From positions 1-22,053 of the forward strand of contig JBGTHM010000033.1 in NCBI GenBank assembly GCA_041746255.1: 22,053 nucleotides of DNA. The letters run 5' to 3'. Positions 8,258 to 17,801 of the stretch are shown in pieces (within the stretch, counting starts at the first letter, position 1; every line of letters begins with the position of its first letter). Below the pieces are notes generated by a model. The model was given only the letters and a program-made list of their open reading frames with translations. It searched no databases and had not been told where the DNA came from. Source of the stretch: Fibrobacteria bacterium (GTDB taxonomy: Bacteria; Fibrobacterota; Fibrobacteria; UBA11236). The translations under genes were made by a program, and so were the position numbers.

Positions 8258-9805
8258 GTGCAAGGTGACATCGATGAATTGAAAAGCTGGTATCGCGGTG
8301 GGCTCATCACTCCCATCAATGCCTTACGCATCGCCCAACGCGAAATTTCCCATAACGGCGACGCCATCGATTCCATCCGACGCATAGCCCACACCTTGCG
8401 CGGCTCGGGAGGTACTTACGGTTTTCCCGAAATCAGCGAGGCCGCCATGCGCCTCGAGGACGCTTCCCCGGAAGATATCCAGGCCGCTTTGATAAGGCTT
8501 TTGCGCACCCTGGAAGAGGTCGCTTCCCGGCCCGACATGGAAGATAAATCGGGAATCCTGGTTATCGACGACGACAGTTATATATCCGATCTCCTGCTCC
8601 GGTTGTTGGAAACCTCCAACCGGGAAATTTTTCAGGCCGGGAGCGCCAGGCAGGCCGAGCAGATTCTGGAAGAGAAAAAAATTTCCCTGATCATCCTCGA
8701 TCTCATGTTACCCGATACCGACGGGCGTAATTTTCTCGTGCGTCTCAAGGAGAGGCCGATTACCGCCTCCATTCCGGTTATCATCCTTTCCGCCAAACTC
8801 GGGTCACAGCCCAAAACCGAATGTTTCGCCCTCGGAGCCGACGCTTACTTCGAAAAGCCCTTTGAAATAGATACCCTCTCGGCCGCCGTCTCCGCGCAAC
8901 TGCACCGCAGCGAGGTCAATCTTCGGGAAGCCCGCGTCGACCACCTGACGGGTTTGCCCAATCGAGCCGCCTTCCGGGAGGCTTTTATAAGGCAATCCTC
9001 CCTGGCGGGACGAAAGCGGGAGCCTTTGTCGGTGGCCATTTTGGATTTGGACCATTTCAAGCAAGTGAACGACCAACACGGTCATACCATGGGCGACGAG
9101 GTTTTACGCCAATCGGCGCTTATCGTCCGGGACTCGCTGCGCCGATCCGATCTTCTGGCGCGCTGGGGAGGCGAAGAGTTCGTGGCCCTCTTCCCCGAAA
9201 CCAACCTGGAAGGGGCGGCTGCCGCGGTTCGTAAAGCAGCGGCTGCATTAAGTGAGCATAAGTTTACCGGCTCGGGCGATCAGATTTTTAATGTCACCCT
9301 ATCCGCGGGTTTGGCCGAAGTGGAGGAGAAGCATACGGTAGGAGAGGCCATTGCCGAAGCGGACCGATTTCTTTACAGCGCCAAATCGCAGGGTCGGAAC
9401 CGGGTGTTGTGCCGTCTCGACCCGATTAAGGAGCCTAGCCGCGACCTTCTGCTTGCCGAAGCCGACTTGACTGTGGCGACCATTATCAAAAGCCGCCTGG
9501 GAAGGGAGGGCTTCCGGATCACGCACTGTCCTTCGGGCGACTCCCTGCTGGCAGCGGCCGAAGCGGGAAATTTCTCCCTTTGCATCTTCGATTCCAACCT
9601 CCCCGACGGCAAAGGATTGGAATTATTGGAGCGCCTGCGGCAAACCCCCGGTTGTGTGGGAATGCCCGTGCTGCTGCTCACGGCCCTGGGTCGCGATAAT
9701 GATGTCGCCAAGGGGTTTCAGCTTGGAGCCGACGATTATCTGGTGAAACCCTTTTCCCCCTTGGAACTGGTGGCGCGCGTGCGCAACCTCCTCCGTAAAA
9801 CCTGA
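8258..9805 (+). CDS. Diguanylate cyclase response regulator, Hpt-REC-GGDEF-REC
   Basis: Hpt IAHTLRGSGGTYGF; REC1 VIDDD...LDLMLP...KPF; GGDEF domain DHLTGLPNR, DLDHFKQVND, RRSD I-site, RWGGEEF; REC2 FDSNLPDGKG...LTA...KPF. GTG 8258 has GGAG upstream; ORF open from 8216. Confidence 0.92.
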   Translation: MQGDIDELKSWYRGGLITPINALRIAQREISHNGDAIDSIRRIAHTLRGSGGTYGFPEISEAAMRLEDASPEDIQAALIRLLRTLEEVASRPDMEDKSGILVIDDDSYISDLLLRLLETSNREIFQAGSARQAEQILEEKKISLIILDLMLPDTDGRNFLVRLKERPITASIPVIILSAKLGSQPKTECFALGADAYFEKPFEIDTLSAAVSAQLHRSEVNLREARVDHLTGLPNRAAFREAFIRQSSLAGRKREPLSVAILDLDHFKQVNDQHGHTMGDEVLRQSALIVRDSLRRSDLLARWGGEEFVALFPETNLEGAAAAVRKAAAALSEHKFTGSGDQIFNVTLSAGLAEVEEKHTVGEAIAEADRFLYSAKSQGRNRVLCRLDPIKEPSRDLLLAEADLTVATIIKSRLGREGFRITHCPSGDSLLAAAEAGNFSLCIFDSNLPDGKGLELLERLRQTPGCVGMPVLLLTALGRDNDVAKGFQLGADDYLVKPFSPLELVARVRNLLRKT

Positions 9806-9888
9806 TTCTCCCAATTGCATCCCCCCCATCCGGAAGGGTAGAATGTTGGGGTAGTATGGGAACTGGCAAGAAATAGCCGGAAGGAACA

Positions 9889-10755
9889 ATGACGGAAAAC
9901 TGGATTGGTTATGCGGGTCTTATTACGGCCTTGGTCGCCTTTACCCAATTCTGGGTTTGGCAAATCATCCGTCGTTCGAGTACCCGGGGCCAAATTACGG
10001 TAGCGGCTTTGGGTACGCCCGAAATCGGATTCGATTTGAACGGGCCGCATATCGCGATAGCGGGAAGTTTCACAGCTACGCGTGGCGATGTACATGTCTT
10101 ATCCATGGAATTGACGCTGACCCAGAAAAAGACCCACAAAACCCGGACTTTCCTATGGGCCGGATTCAAACCGTCCTATGCCGTTTCCGCCGGAGACGGT
10201 TCCGCATGGCTACCCCCCGAGGGTTTCGGAATCTCCCCGTTGATGCCTCGCCGTTTCATCGCCCTGTTCCATGATTTTCCCACCGCACAAGAGATGAAAC
10301 CCATATTGCATCGTTACCGCCAAAATTGGTATGAAGCCGTGCAACGCTTCAGCGAAGGGAACGGATTGGGGCGTCCTTCATTTGATAACTCCGACTCATC
10401 CGAAATGAGTAAATCCCTGCTGGATGCGGTCAACGATTTCAAGCGTTCCCCTATTTGCATGCACTCCTATACCGAATTGGATAGGCTATGCTATTGGGAA
10501 CATGGCGATTACTCCTTATCGCTGAAAATCATCACGGAAGAGGAACCCGATTCCATTGGTCGTGAAGCCGACTTCAATTTACCCAAAGGAGACGTCAAGT
10601 TTCTGAAAGCCAATTGCGTGGAAATGCTGGACGAACCCATTGCGAAATTCCTGCGCAAGCCGGCCAAAGGCTACGATCTCGTCTATGCGCAACCCACGGC
10701 GGGTTGGCAAAAAGCCCGAACGGTAGCCCCGTCACCTCCCGCAACGTCCGACTGA
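9889..10755 (+). CDS. Hypothetical protein with N-terminal transmembrane anchor
   Basis: 288-aa ORF with SD GGAAGGA; hydrophobic segment WIGYAGLITALVAFTQFWVW followed by basic RR; no family recognised. Confidence 0.7.
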   Translation: MTENWIGYAGLITALVAFTQFWVWQIIRRSSTRGQITVAALGTPEIGFDLNGPHIAIAGSFTATRGDVHVLSMELTLTQKKTHKTRTFLWAGFKPSYAVSAGDGSAWLPPEGFGISPLMPRRFIALFHDFPTAQEMKPILHRYRQNWYEAVQRFSEGNGLGRPSFDNSDSSEMSKSLLDAVNDFKRSPICMHSYTELDRLCYWEHGDYSLSLKIITEEEPDSIGREADFNLPKGDVKFLKANCVEMLDEPIAKFLRKPAKGYDLVYAQPTAGWQKARTVAPSPPATSD

Positions 10756-10836
10756 AACGTCTCTGCCGGTTGGGTCGGCTTTTCCGGGGCTCCAACCACT
10801 TTACTTAATCGCTTCCAATTAACTAGATCCCTTCGT

Positions 10837-11583
10837 ATGGGCATACCCTTCCGCTTTACTGTTTGCACGCTGAATCTGTGGGAATCGGCGCGTTGGGAAG
10901 AGCGGCGCGAGCCTGTATCCCAATTTGTAAAACTACACACGCCCGATATCTTCTGCCTGCAGGAATTGCGTCCCGAAAGCCGGGATTTATTGGATGCCTG
11001 TTTACCTCTGCATCGTCGCGTCGAGGATGCTTTTCCGGGTTGGATTCAAGAAGGCAATATATTTTGGAACGCGGAATTGTTTTCGCTTAAAACCTACGGA
11101 GCGGAAGACATCGGACAGGAAGAAGAGCTCCGGCGGCTATTTTGGGTCGAATTGGAATCCCACGTCACTTCCGAAATATTGTGGGTCGCGACGGCGCATT
11201 TCACCTGGCCCGGGCATCCCCGTGAAAAAGCGACGGGAGTCAATTTGCGCATCGGTCAGGCGCGACGCGCCGTGGCTGCGATGGACAAGCTGGGTTCGCG
11301 CGAGCAAGCCCTGCTTTTCATGGGAGATTTGAACGAGCATTATCATACTTTGCGGGTATTAGAAGACGAAGGCGGATTTGTCGACAGTTTCAGCGCCTTG
11401 GGGCGTGACGGCATTCCCACCCGGCCGGCGTTTCCCACCTATCACGGGCCGGCGGAAAGCCTGGACTGGATAGTCCATCGGGGAGCGCTGCGACCGCTCT
11501 CTACTGAAGTGGCGCATTTCTATCACGGCGATATGGCCGTATCCGACCATTGGCCCGTGCTGGCGACCTACACCTTTTCTTAA
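10837..11583 (+). CDS. Endonuclease/exonuclease/phosphatase (EEP) family protein
   Basis: TLNLW, PDIFCLQE, TAHF, MGDLNE, LDWI, SDHWPV motifs. Confidence 0.92.
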   Translation: MGIPFRFTVCTLNLWESARWEERREPVSQFVKLHTPDIFCLQELRPESRDLLDACLPLHRRVEDAFPGWIQEGNIFWNAELFSLKTYGAEDIGQEEELRRLFWVELESHVTSEILWVATAHFTWPGHPREKATGVNLRIGQARRAVAAMDKLGSREQALLFMGDLNEHYHTLRVLEDEGGFVDSFSALGRDGIPTRPAFPTYHGPAESLDWIVHRGALRPLSTEVAHFYHGDMAVSDHWPVLATYTFS

Positions 11584-11595
11584 TCCGGAGAATTT

Positions 11596-12174
11596 ATGGC
11601 AAAGATCATATCCAAAACTGAAGTGAAGCGGGTACCGGCCAAAACTGCGAAGCAGACGGTGAAAAAGGCGACCTTAAAAATCCCGAAACCTTCGTCGCCT
11701 TCCTCCGGGAGCCCCGCTATCGGTGCTAAGGCGCCGGATTTTTCGGCCTTGGGTGATACCGGAAAATCCTTGACCCTGAAAAGTCTCCGGGGCCGAAAGG
11801 TTGTCCTCTTTTTTTATCCCAAAGACAGCACTCCCGGATGTACCCGTGAAGCCTGCGCCTTTCGGGACGGGTTGCAACAAATCCGCAAATTCGGCGCCGA
11901 GGTCGTGGGTGTCAGTATGGACAGCGTGGAATCGCATCGCCGTTTCAAGGAAAAAAATGCTCTCAATTTCCATCTGGTATCCGACGAGGACCGCAGCATT
12001 GTGAATGCCTATGGCGTTTACCAGGAAAAGTCCCTTTACGGCCGGAAATTCATGGGAATCGTAAGAACGACTTTCCTAATCGACGAAAAGGGGCGTATCG
12101 CACGCGTTTTCCCGCGTGTGAAGGTGGACAAGCACTACCAGGAAGTGTTGGAAGCCCTGGCGGAAATGGGATAA
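11596..12174 (+). CDS. bcp: Thioredoxin-dependent peroxiredoxin BCP/PrxQ with basic N-terminal extension
   Basis: FYPKDSTPGCTREACAFRD (PxxxTxxCxxxxC), GIVRTTFLID; SD GGAG. Confidence 0.95.
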   Translation: MAKIISKTEVKRVPAKTAKQTVKKATLKIPKPSSPSSGSPAIGAKAPDFSALGDTGKSLTLKSLRGRKVVLFFYPKDSTPGCTREACAFRDGLQQIRKFGAEVVGVSMDSVESHRRFKEKNALNFHLVSDEDRSIVNAYGVYQEKSLYGRKFMGIVRTTFLIDEKGRIARVFPRVKVDKHYQEVLEALAEMG

Positions 12175-12237
12175 AGCGCGAGGAGTTCTTTTTCATGAAG
12201 GTTTTGCCTGCGCACCTGCATCAGCTATATTTAACGC

Positions 12238-13473
12238 ATGAAAAGTTCCAGCCCCAGAAAACTGGTCGTGCTCGGATCGGGTTTCGCCGCCTTCCGATTA
12301 TTACGTGACATTGATACCCGCAAATTTGATGTGGTGGGGATAAGCCCTCGCAATCACTTTTTGTTCACGCCCTTGCTTCCCAGCACGACCGTCGGCACTG
12401 TCGAATTTCGCAGCATTATCGAATCCGTACGCCAAGCCTGTCCCAAGGTCCGCTTCTTTTCGGCCGAAGCCCTGGGCGTGGATTCGAGCGCGAAGAAACT
12501 CTCTTGTCGCGGCATCGTGGACGGTCGGACCTTCGACCTGGACTACGATATTCTAGTCATCGCGGTGGGGTCTACCAACAGCACTTTCGGCATACCCGGT
12601 GTAGCCGAAAACGCCTATTTTCTCAAGCAGCTCTCCGACGCCCGCGCGTTACGTCAGCGTATCATCGAATGTTTCGAAATGGCGTCGCAGCCCGGTCTTT
12701 CCGAGGAGGAGAGGCACGGTATGCTTTCTTTCGTAGTTATCGGTGGCGGCGCGACTGGAGTCGAATTTTCGGCGGAAATGCACGATTTCCTCACGGAGGA
12801 TTTGCGGAAAGCGTACCCCGATCGAATAGACGAGGTGCGCATTATTCTTCTGGAGGCCTCCAAGCAAATTCTCAGTACCTTCGATGCGGCTTTGTCCGAT
12901 TATACGCTCAAGCATTTTCAACGCCAAAAAATCCAGGTGCGCACCGAATCCCTTGTCGTCGGCATAGACCCGAAGTACATCCACCTGAAAGACAAGTCGC
13001 ACATCGCTTATGGTTTGGTGGTTTGGGCGGCCGGTGTGGCTCCGGTCGAATTCGTCAAGAACCTTCCCTTCGAAAAAGAAAAAGGACGTTTGATCACCGA
13101 CGAATATCTGCGTCTTTCCGGTCAGGATTCGATTTACGCGTTGGGAGATTGCGCCACCCTTCGCGATCAGGACCTGCCCATGACGGCGCAAGTGGCGGAA
13201 CAAGGCGGTAAATACCTGGCTCGCAGTCTGGCACGGCACGAATCCGGAAAAAACATCAAACCCTTCCATTATAAGCATGCCGGAATGCTGGCCTATGTGG
13301 GCAGCAATCGAGCCCTGGCCGATTTGAACAAAATCAAAGGCAAGGGATTCGCTACCTTTCTGTTCTGGCGCTCCGCCTATCTGACCAAGCTGGTGAGCCG
13401 CCGCAATAAAGTGCTGGTTCTGTTCGACTGGCTTAAAAATTTCCTATTCGGGCGCGACGTATCCCGCATGTGA
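12238..13473 (+). CDS. ndh: Type II NADH:quinone oxidoreductase (NDH-2)
   Basis: FAD site [19 protein letters not shown] site [16 protein letters not shown], quinone-site AQVAEQ, C-terminal amphipathic FWRSAYL...FDW. Confidence 0.92.
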   Translation: MKSSSPRKLVVLGSGFAAFRLLRDIDTRKFDVVGISPRNHFLFTPLLPSTTVGTVEFRSIIESVRQACPKVRFFSAEALGVDSSAKKLSCRGIVDGRTFDLDYDILVIAVGSTNSTFGIPGVAENAYFLKQLSDARALRQRIIECFEMASQPGLSEEERHGMLSFVVIGGGATGVEFSAEMHDFLTEDLRKAYPDRIDEVRIILLEASKQILSTFDAALSDYTLKHFQRQKIQVRTESLVVGIDPKYIHLKDKSHIAYGLVVWAAGVAPVEFVKNLPFEKEKGRLITDEYLRLSGQDSIYALGDCATLRDQDLPMTAQVAEQGGKYLARSLARHESGKNIKPFHYKHAGMLAYVGSNRALADLNKIKGKGFATFLFWRSAYLTKLVSRRNKVLVLFDWLKNFLFGRDVSRM

Positions 13474-13517
13474 ACTCAACCGGATTGCCTTTCGTTTTTC
13501 CACCGGAGAACCCCACT

Positions 13518-15560
13518 ATGAATGCTTCCGATTCTCGTCCTGAAAACCACCTTGCCGGCGAAACCAGCCCTTATCTGTTGCAACATGTCCGCAACCCCGT
13601 AGATTGGCATCCCTGGGGTGAAAAGGCATTGGAAAAGGCCAAGCTGGAGAACAAATTGTTGCTCATCAGTATCGGCTATTCCGCTTGCCATTGGTGCCAT
13701 GTGATGGAAAGGGAATCATTTGAAGACGAGGAAACCGCGCGAATCATGAACGCCGATTTCGTCTGCATCAAGGTCGACAGAGAGGAAAGACCGGACATAG
13801 ACCAGGTTTACATGCATGCCGTGCAGCTCATAACGGGGCAGGGGGGATGGCCTCTCAATTGTTTCGCGCTCCCGGATGGGCGGCCCATCTATGGAGGAAC
13901 CTATTTTCGCAATGCCCATTTCAAGGATGTACTCCGGACGCTGGCTACTCTCTACCGGGACGATACGGAAAAGGTGGTGGACCAGGCGGAGGAATTGACA
14001 AGAGGCGTGCGCCGGAGTGATTCAGCCAAGCCCGCGCAGGACTTGAGTGAGCCGACGCGCGAGGAAATAGCGGCAGTGTACACTGCTTTCGCGGGACAGT
14101 TCGACAATAAGGAAGGCGGCCCCAATCGGGCTCCCAAATTCCCCTTGCCCAACAACTATCGATTCCTGCTACGCTTCGGCTATCAAAGCGGTAATGAGGA
14201 GGCCTTGCAACATGTTAACCTGACCTTGGAAAAGATGGCCTTCGGAGGAATTTTCGATCAAATCGGCGGAGGGTTTTCCCGTTATTCCACCGATTATGAA
14301 TGGAAGGTCCCTCACTTCGAAAAAATGCTCTACGACAACGGGCAACTGCTGGAACTCTATGCCGAAGCCTATCAAGCCTCGAATATCCCGCTGTATGCCG
14401 ATACGGTATACGCTATCGCCGATTTCGTGGAACGGGAGTTGACCTCTCCCGAAGGCGGATTTTATTCGGCTTTGGACGCCGACAGTGAGGGCGTCGAGGG
14501 CAAGTACTACGTTTGGACCCGGGAAGAATTACAGTCGCTGCTGGGAAACGACTTCGCGCTTTTCGCCGAATATTACAATGTCAATTCCCAAGGCTATTGG
14601 GAGGAGGGAAACCATATCCCTCTGCGAAAGCTTACGGATACCGCTTTCGCCGCCGAAAAAGCCATGAGCGTGGAAGATTTGCGCCTCCGGATTTCCGCCG
14701 CACGGGAACGGGTTTTTGGCGCCCGCACGCGGCGGGTCCGGCCCGGATTGGATGATAAGATTCTCACTTCCTGGAACGCGCTGATGTCCAAGGGTCTTAT
14801 CACCGCATACTGCGCCTTTAAAGAAGAACGTTTTCTGGAGTCGGCCCGGGTAAACCTGGCCTATTTGCTGGAGAAGGCGGTAACTCCCGATGGAGGCCTT
14901 TATCATAACGGTAAGGACGGACGTTTCAACCTCAATGGGTATCTCGAGGATTACGCCTTCATCATTGAAGCTTTGCTGTCGCTCTATCAAGCCACCTTCG
15001 AACCATCCCATCTCGACAAGGCGCGTGAGTTGACCGAGTATGCCCTCGAAAATTTCTCCGATCCCGATTCCCCCCTGTTCTTCTTCACCTCACGGCGCGA
15101 TCCGGCGCTGGTGGCCCGCAAGAAGGAAATCATGGACAACGTAATCCCCGCTTCCAATTCGTCCATGGCGCGCAATTTGTTTCTCCTAGCGGATTTTTTC
15201 GATGAACCCCGCTATCGCGATCGCGCCCGCGCCATGCTTGATCAGGTGCGCCGCGAAATGCGCGTGTACGGAACGAGTTTTTCCAACTGGGCTTTGCTTG
15301 CCATGGACTTCGCCTACCCCTTCTACGAGGTCGTGGTGGCGGGCCCCGATGCGGAAAAGCGCCGGTCGGAAATCGCCCGTCATTATCTTCCGCATGTCGC
15401 GTTGGCGGGAGGGGAGGCTTCGGGTCACCTTCCGCTCCTAAAGGATAGGAACCACCCCACTCTCGGCCTCATTCACGTTTGCCGGCAGGGCGCTTGTAAC
15501 CTACCCGTCACTTCGGTGGAGGAAGCTCTCGGGCAGCTCGGAACTGCTTCAATCGCGTAG
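13518..15560 (+). CDS. YyaL/SPATA20-family thioredoxin-domain protein with six-hairpin glycosidase-like domain
   Basis: [89 protein letters not shown] 13518 has SD GGAG; alternative GTG 13470 overlaps the ndh stop. Confidence 0.95.
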   Translation: MNASDSRPENHLAGETSPYLLQHVRNPVDWHPWGEKALEKAKLENKLLLISIGYSACHWCHVMERESFEDEETARIMNADFVCIKVDREERPDIDQVYMHAVQLITGQGGWPLNCFALPDGRPIYGGTYFRNAHFKDVLRTLATLYRDDTEKVVDQAEELTRGVRRSDSAKPAQDLSEPTREEIAAVYTAFAGQFDNKEGGPNRAPKFPLPNNYRFLLRFGYQSGNEEALQHVNLTLEKMAFGGIFDQIGGGFSRYSTDYEWKVPHFEKMLYDNGQLLELYAEAYQASNIPLYADTVYAIADFVERELTSPEGGFYSALDADSEGVEGKYYVWTREELQSLLGNDFALFAEYYNVNSQGYWEEGNHIPLRKLTDTAFAAEKAMSVEDLRLRISAARERVFGARTRRVRPGLDDKILTSWNALMSKGLITAYCAFKEERFLESARVNLAYLLEKAVTPDGGLYHNGKDGRFNLNGYLEDYAFIIEALLSLYQATFEPSHLDKARELTEYALENFSDPDSPLFFFTSRRDPALVARKKEIMDNVIPASNSSMARNLFLLADFFDEPRYRDRARAMLDQVRREMRVYGTSFSNWALLAMDFAYPFYEVVVAGPDAEKRRSEIARHYLPHVALAGGEASGHLPLLKDRNHPTLGLIHVCRQGACNLPVTSVEEALGQLGTASIA

Positions 15561-15733
15561 ATGGCTTCGAGCAGTCGGTTCGTAGAGGCTAACTATCTCT
15601 TTGCAAATCAAGGCGTTAGTGGGGGCGTTGCGAAGGCATGCCATCGACAATCAACCCGCTCGACCGGTGTGCATCCCCGGCTGTGGACCCCATGGGCGTA
15701 AGGCTGGAGACGATCAAGTAAAAAAAAATCTCT

Positions 15734-15763
15734 TTGTTTTTTTCCAAATTCGTGTTATATAAT
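15734..15763 (+). promoter_or_regulatory. Putative sigma70-type promoter for HU gene
   Basis: TTGTTT-N18-TATAAT (perfect -10 at 15758-15763) with an A-tract upstream at about 15720-15728. Confidence 0.55.
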
Positions 15764-15816
15764 GTTGCGAAGCTTTTGCAAAAGGGTTTCGTGAACATCA
15801 ACAAGAGGTAAGGCAA

Positions 15817-16116
15817 ATGAATAAACAAGAATTGGTTGCGGCCGTCCTGCAAGATTCCAAATCCGGTATTGAGACCAAGGCTGCGGCCGAGCGGGCGGTC
15901 AACGCCGTTCTGGGTGGCATCGAAACCGGCATCAAGAAGGACGGTAACGTCCAGCTGATCGGCTTCGGCACTTTCAACATCAAGACCCGCGCCGCCCGCA
16001 AGGGACGCAATCCCGCAACCGGAGCCGAAATCAAAATCAAGGCTTCCAAAACCGTCGGCTTCAAAGCCGGTAGCGCTCTGAAGGAAACGGCCAAAAAGGC
16101 CAAGCCCAAGGGCTGA
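15817..16116 (+). CDS. hup: HU family DNA-binding protein
   Basis: MNKQELV, VQLIGFGTF, RAARKGRNPATG, IKIKASKTVGFKAGSALKE; SD GAGG/AAGG. Confidence 0.97.
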   Translation: MNKQELVAAVLQDSKSGIETKAAAERAVNAVLGGIETGIKKDGNVQLIGFGTFNIKTRAARKGRNPATGAEIKIKASKTVGFKAGSALKETAKKAKPKG

Positions 16117-16140
16117 TTTCCCCGCCACAGCGAAGTTTTC

Positions 16141-16170
16141 AAGAGGAGGCTCAGGCCTCCTCTTTTTTTT
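16141..16170 (+). terminator. Rho-independent terminator of hup
   Basis: AAGAGGAGGC-TCAG-GCCTCCTCTT perfect stem running into a long T tract. Confidence 0.92.
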
Positions 16171-16203
16171 GTGGTAACAGGAGCGATAATGTAATTTTGC
16201 CGG

Positions 16204-17067
16204 ATGCTTCAACACAGCGAACTGGTCGTGGGTCGGATCCCTTTTCTGGTTTGCGCACCTTTTTTCCATTCCTCCTTGAATGGATTGCAGGGAATCCGCT
16301 TTGTCGACGGTCCGCCCAGCCAACTCAACGAAATGCTCGCCCAAGGCACCGTTCACTGCGCGCCGTCTTCAAGTTTCGAATACGCGCGGCACCCCGAACG
16401 CTACCTGCTGCTACCCGGGCTATCCACTTCCAGCCGCTGGGAAATGAAATCCGTGCTTTTCCTCTCGCGCTTTCCCTGGGAGCAAATGACCGGCCGCAAG
16501 GTCGGGCTCTCACAGGATTCGGCTACTTCCAATATGCTTTTCCGTCTCTTGTCGAAAAACCTGCATGGCGTCGCTCCCTTGCTGGAAGCTTCGGGAAGCC
16601 CCGAGGACGATCCCGAGGGCAGGGTGGTTATTGGAGATACGGCGTTACGCGAGTCACAATCGGGAAAATGGCCTTATCGCTACGATCTCGCCGGCGAATG
16701 GCATCGCTGGCAGGGATTGCCCTTTTCTTTCGGCCTGTGGATTTTACGCGAAGACGCCGCCGGACATCCCGCCTTGCCCCTGCTGCTGGAATCCCTGGAC
16801 GCATCGTTGCAGGCTTTCCGACGCGATCCCGGGCCTGCGCTTGCGGCCTGGGGCGCCCGTTTCCCTGGGGGTTTCGATGGGAGTACCATGACCGAATTCT
16901 TTTCCACCGCCGATTATTCTTTTACCGCCGACCACGAAGAGTCGCTGAGACGTTTTTTCCACTTCGCATACCAAGAGGGTTTTCTGGTGGGTGAGCCGCG
17001 CTTCCGCTATTATCCGGTAACCGGCTCCGCCTTTTCTTCGGGCGGATCCATTTCCGCCGCTTCGTAG
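16204..17067 (+). CDS. mqnA: MqnA-family chorismate dehydratase (futalosine menaquinone pathway)
   Basis: VGRIPF, PSQLNEML, KSVLFLSR, SATSNML, VIGDTAL, YDLAGEW...GLPFSFGLW. Confidence 0.8.
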   Translation: MLQHSELVVGRIPFLVCAPFFHSSLNGLQGIRFVDGPPSQLNEMLAQGTVHCAPSSSFEYARHPERYLLLPGLSTSSRWEMKSVLFLSRFPWEQMTGRKVGLSQDSATSNMLFRLLSKNLHGVAPLLEASGSPEDDPEGRVVIGDTALRESQSGKWPYRYDLAGEWHRWQGLPFSFGLWILREDAAGHPALPLLLESLDASLQAFRRDPGPALAAWGARFPGGFDGSTMTEFFSTADYSFTADHEESLRRFFHFAYQEGFLVGEPRFRYYPVTGSAFSSGGSISAAS

Positions 17068-17696
17068 AGAAATCGAATTACCCAGCCGGGATGGGAAAAG
17101 GAAATAAGATGATGTCCGCCCGGTATCAGGGTGACATTCGTCGCGGTTTTAGGGGGACGGATGAGCCAATCGCTCTCGCTGTGAAGCCTCAGGACCGGGC
17201 AGGTGGGAGCGGCGCCTTTCCATCCCAACATCAATCGGGGAAAGCCTTTCATCAAGGAATCGGGGAATTCACCTATCATGTTGTAGAGTAACGACTCTGA
17301 ATTGCTTGCGAAAACCTTCTTGAATTTCAGCGCCATTACCACAAGGGGATACGCCGATTTTGCCACCCGTACAGGTATCACGGGCGCAAAGTGCGCGGCG
17401 AACCGGAAAAAAGGACGGATATCTCCGAAGTGAGAACAGGACGACATCAACAGGACTTTGCGGGCCCCGCGCAAGCGGGCGATTTCCAGGGAGAGCATTC
17501 CGCCGAACGATAGGCCGCCTATAATGTCGTCCGGGCGGAATCCGATTTCGTCGGCCAATCGCGCAGCATAGGTCGTGATGGTATCGCCGGGTTGCAATGG
17601 GATGAAGTCGACCCGTTTAAACGGCGGATCGGGAAGCTCGAGGCGGGTAAAGGCCCGGCTATCCAAAGCGTATCCTGGGAGCAGAAAAACCCGCAT
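17010..17696 (-). CDS. Alpha/beta-fold hydrolase
   Basis: FLLPGYALD oxyanion region, nucleophile elbow GLSFGG, acid in HSESDWLI, His in GGHHLI. ATG 17696 chosen (17717 possible). 3' end overlaps mqnA by 58 nt. Confidence 0.85.
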   Translation of the reverse strand: MRVFLLPGYALDSRAFTRLELPDPPFKRVDFIPLQPGDTITTYAARLADEIGFRPDDIIGGLSFGGMLSLEIARLRGARKVLLMSSCSHFGDIRPFFRFAAHFAPVIPVRVAKSAYPLVVMALKFKKVFASNSESLLYNMIGEFPDSLMKGFPRLMLGWKGAAPTCPVLRLHSESDWLIRPPKTATNVTLIPGGHHLISFSHPGWVIRFLYEAAEMDPPEEKAEPVTG

Positions 17697-17801
17697 AGCT
17701 ACCGCCCGGAAAGACATTTTCCAAAAATTCCCGATAACTCTATATATTATAGAGCGCAAACGCCTACAAGGCCTGTGAACCGTAAAAAAGGAAAAACCGG
17801 T

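Noticed and set aside
9817..9855. SigK-like promoter (CATCC boxes at about 8200, 9818, 9827 and 15672)
   Set aside because: No consistent -10 element at a constant spacing.
12504..13211. 235-aa alternative-frame ORF within ndh
   Set aside because: Arg/Ser-rich shadow frame with no motif, fully inside a well-supported gene.
15561..15730. ncRNA in the long yyaL-hup intergenic region
   Set aside because: No recognisable SRP, tmRNA, RNase P or 6S signature and no convincing structure by eye.
15616..16994. Long overlapping ORFs 15616-16356 (-) and 16197-16994 (+)
   Set aside because: Antisense or shifted frames of hup and mqnA with no recognisable protein features.
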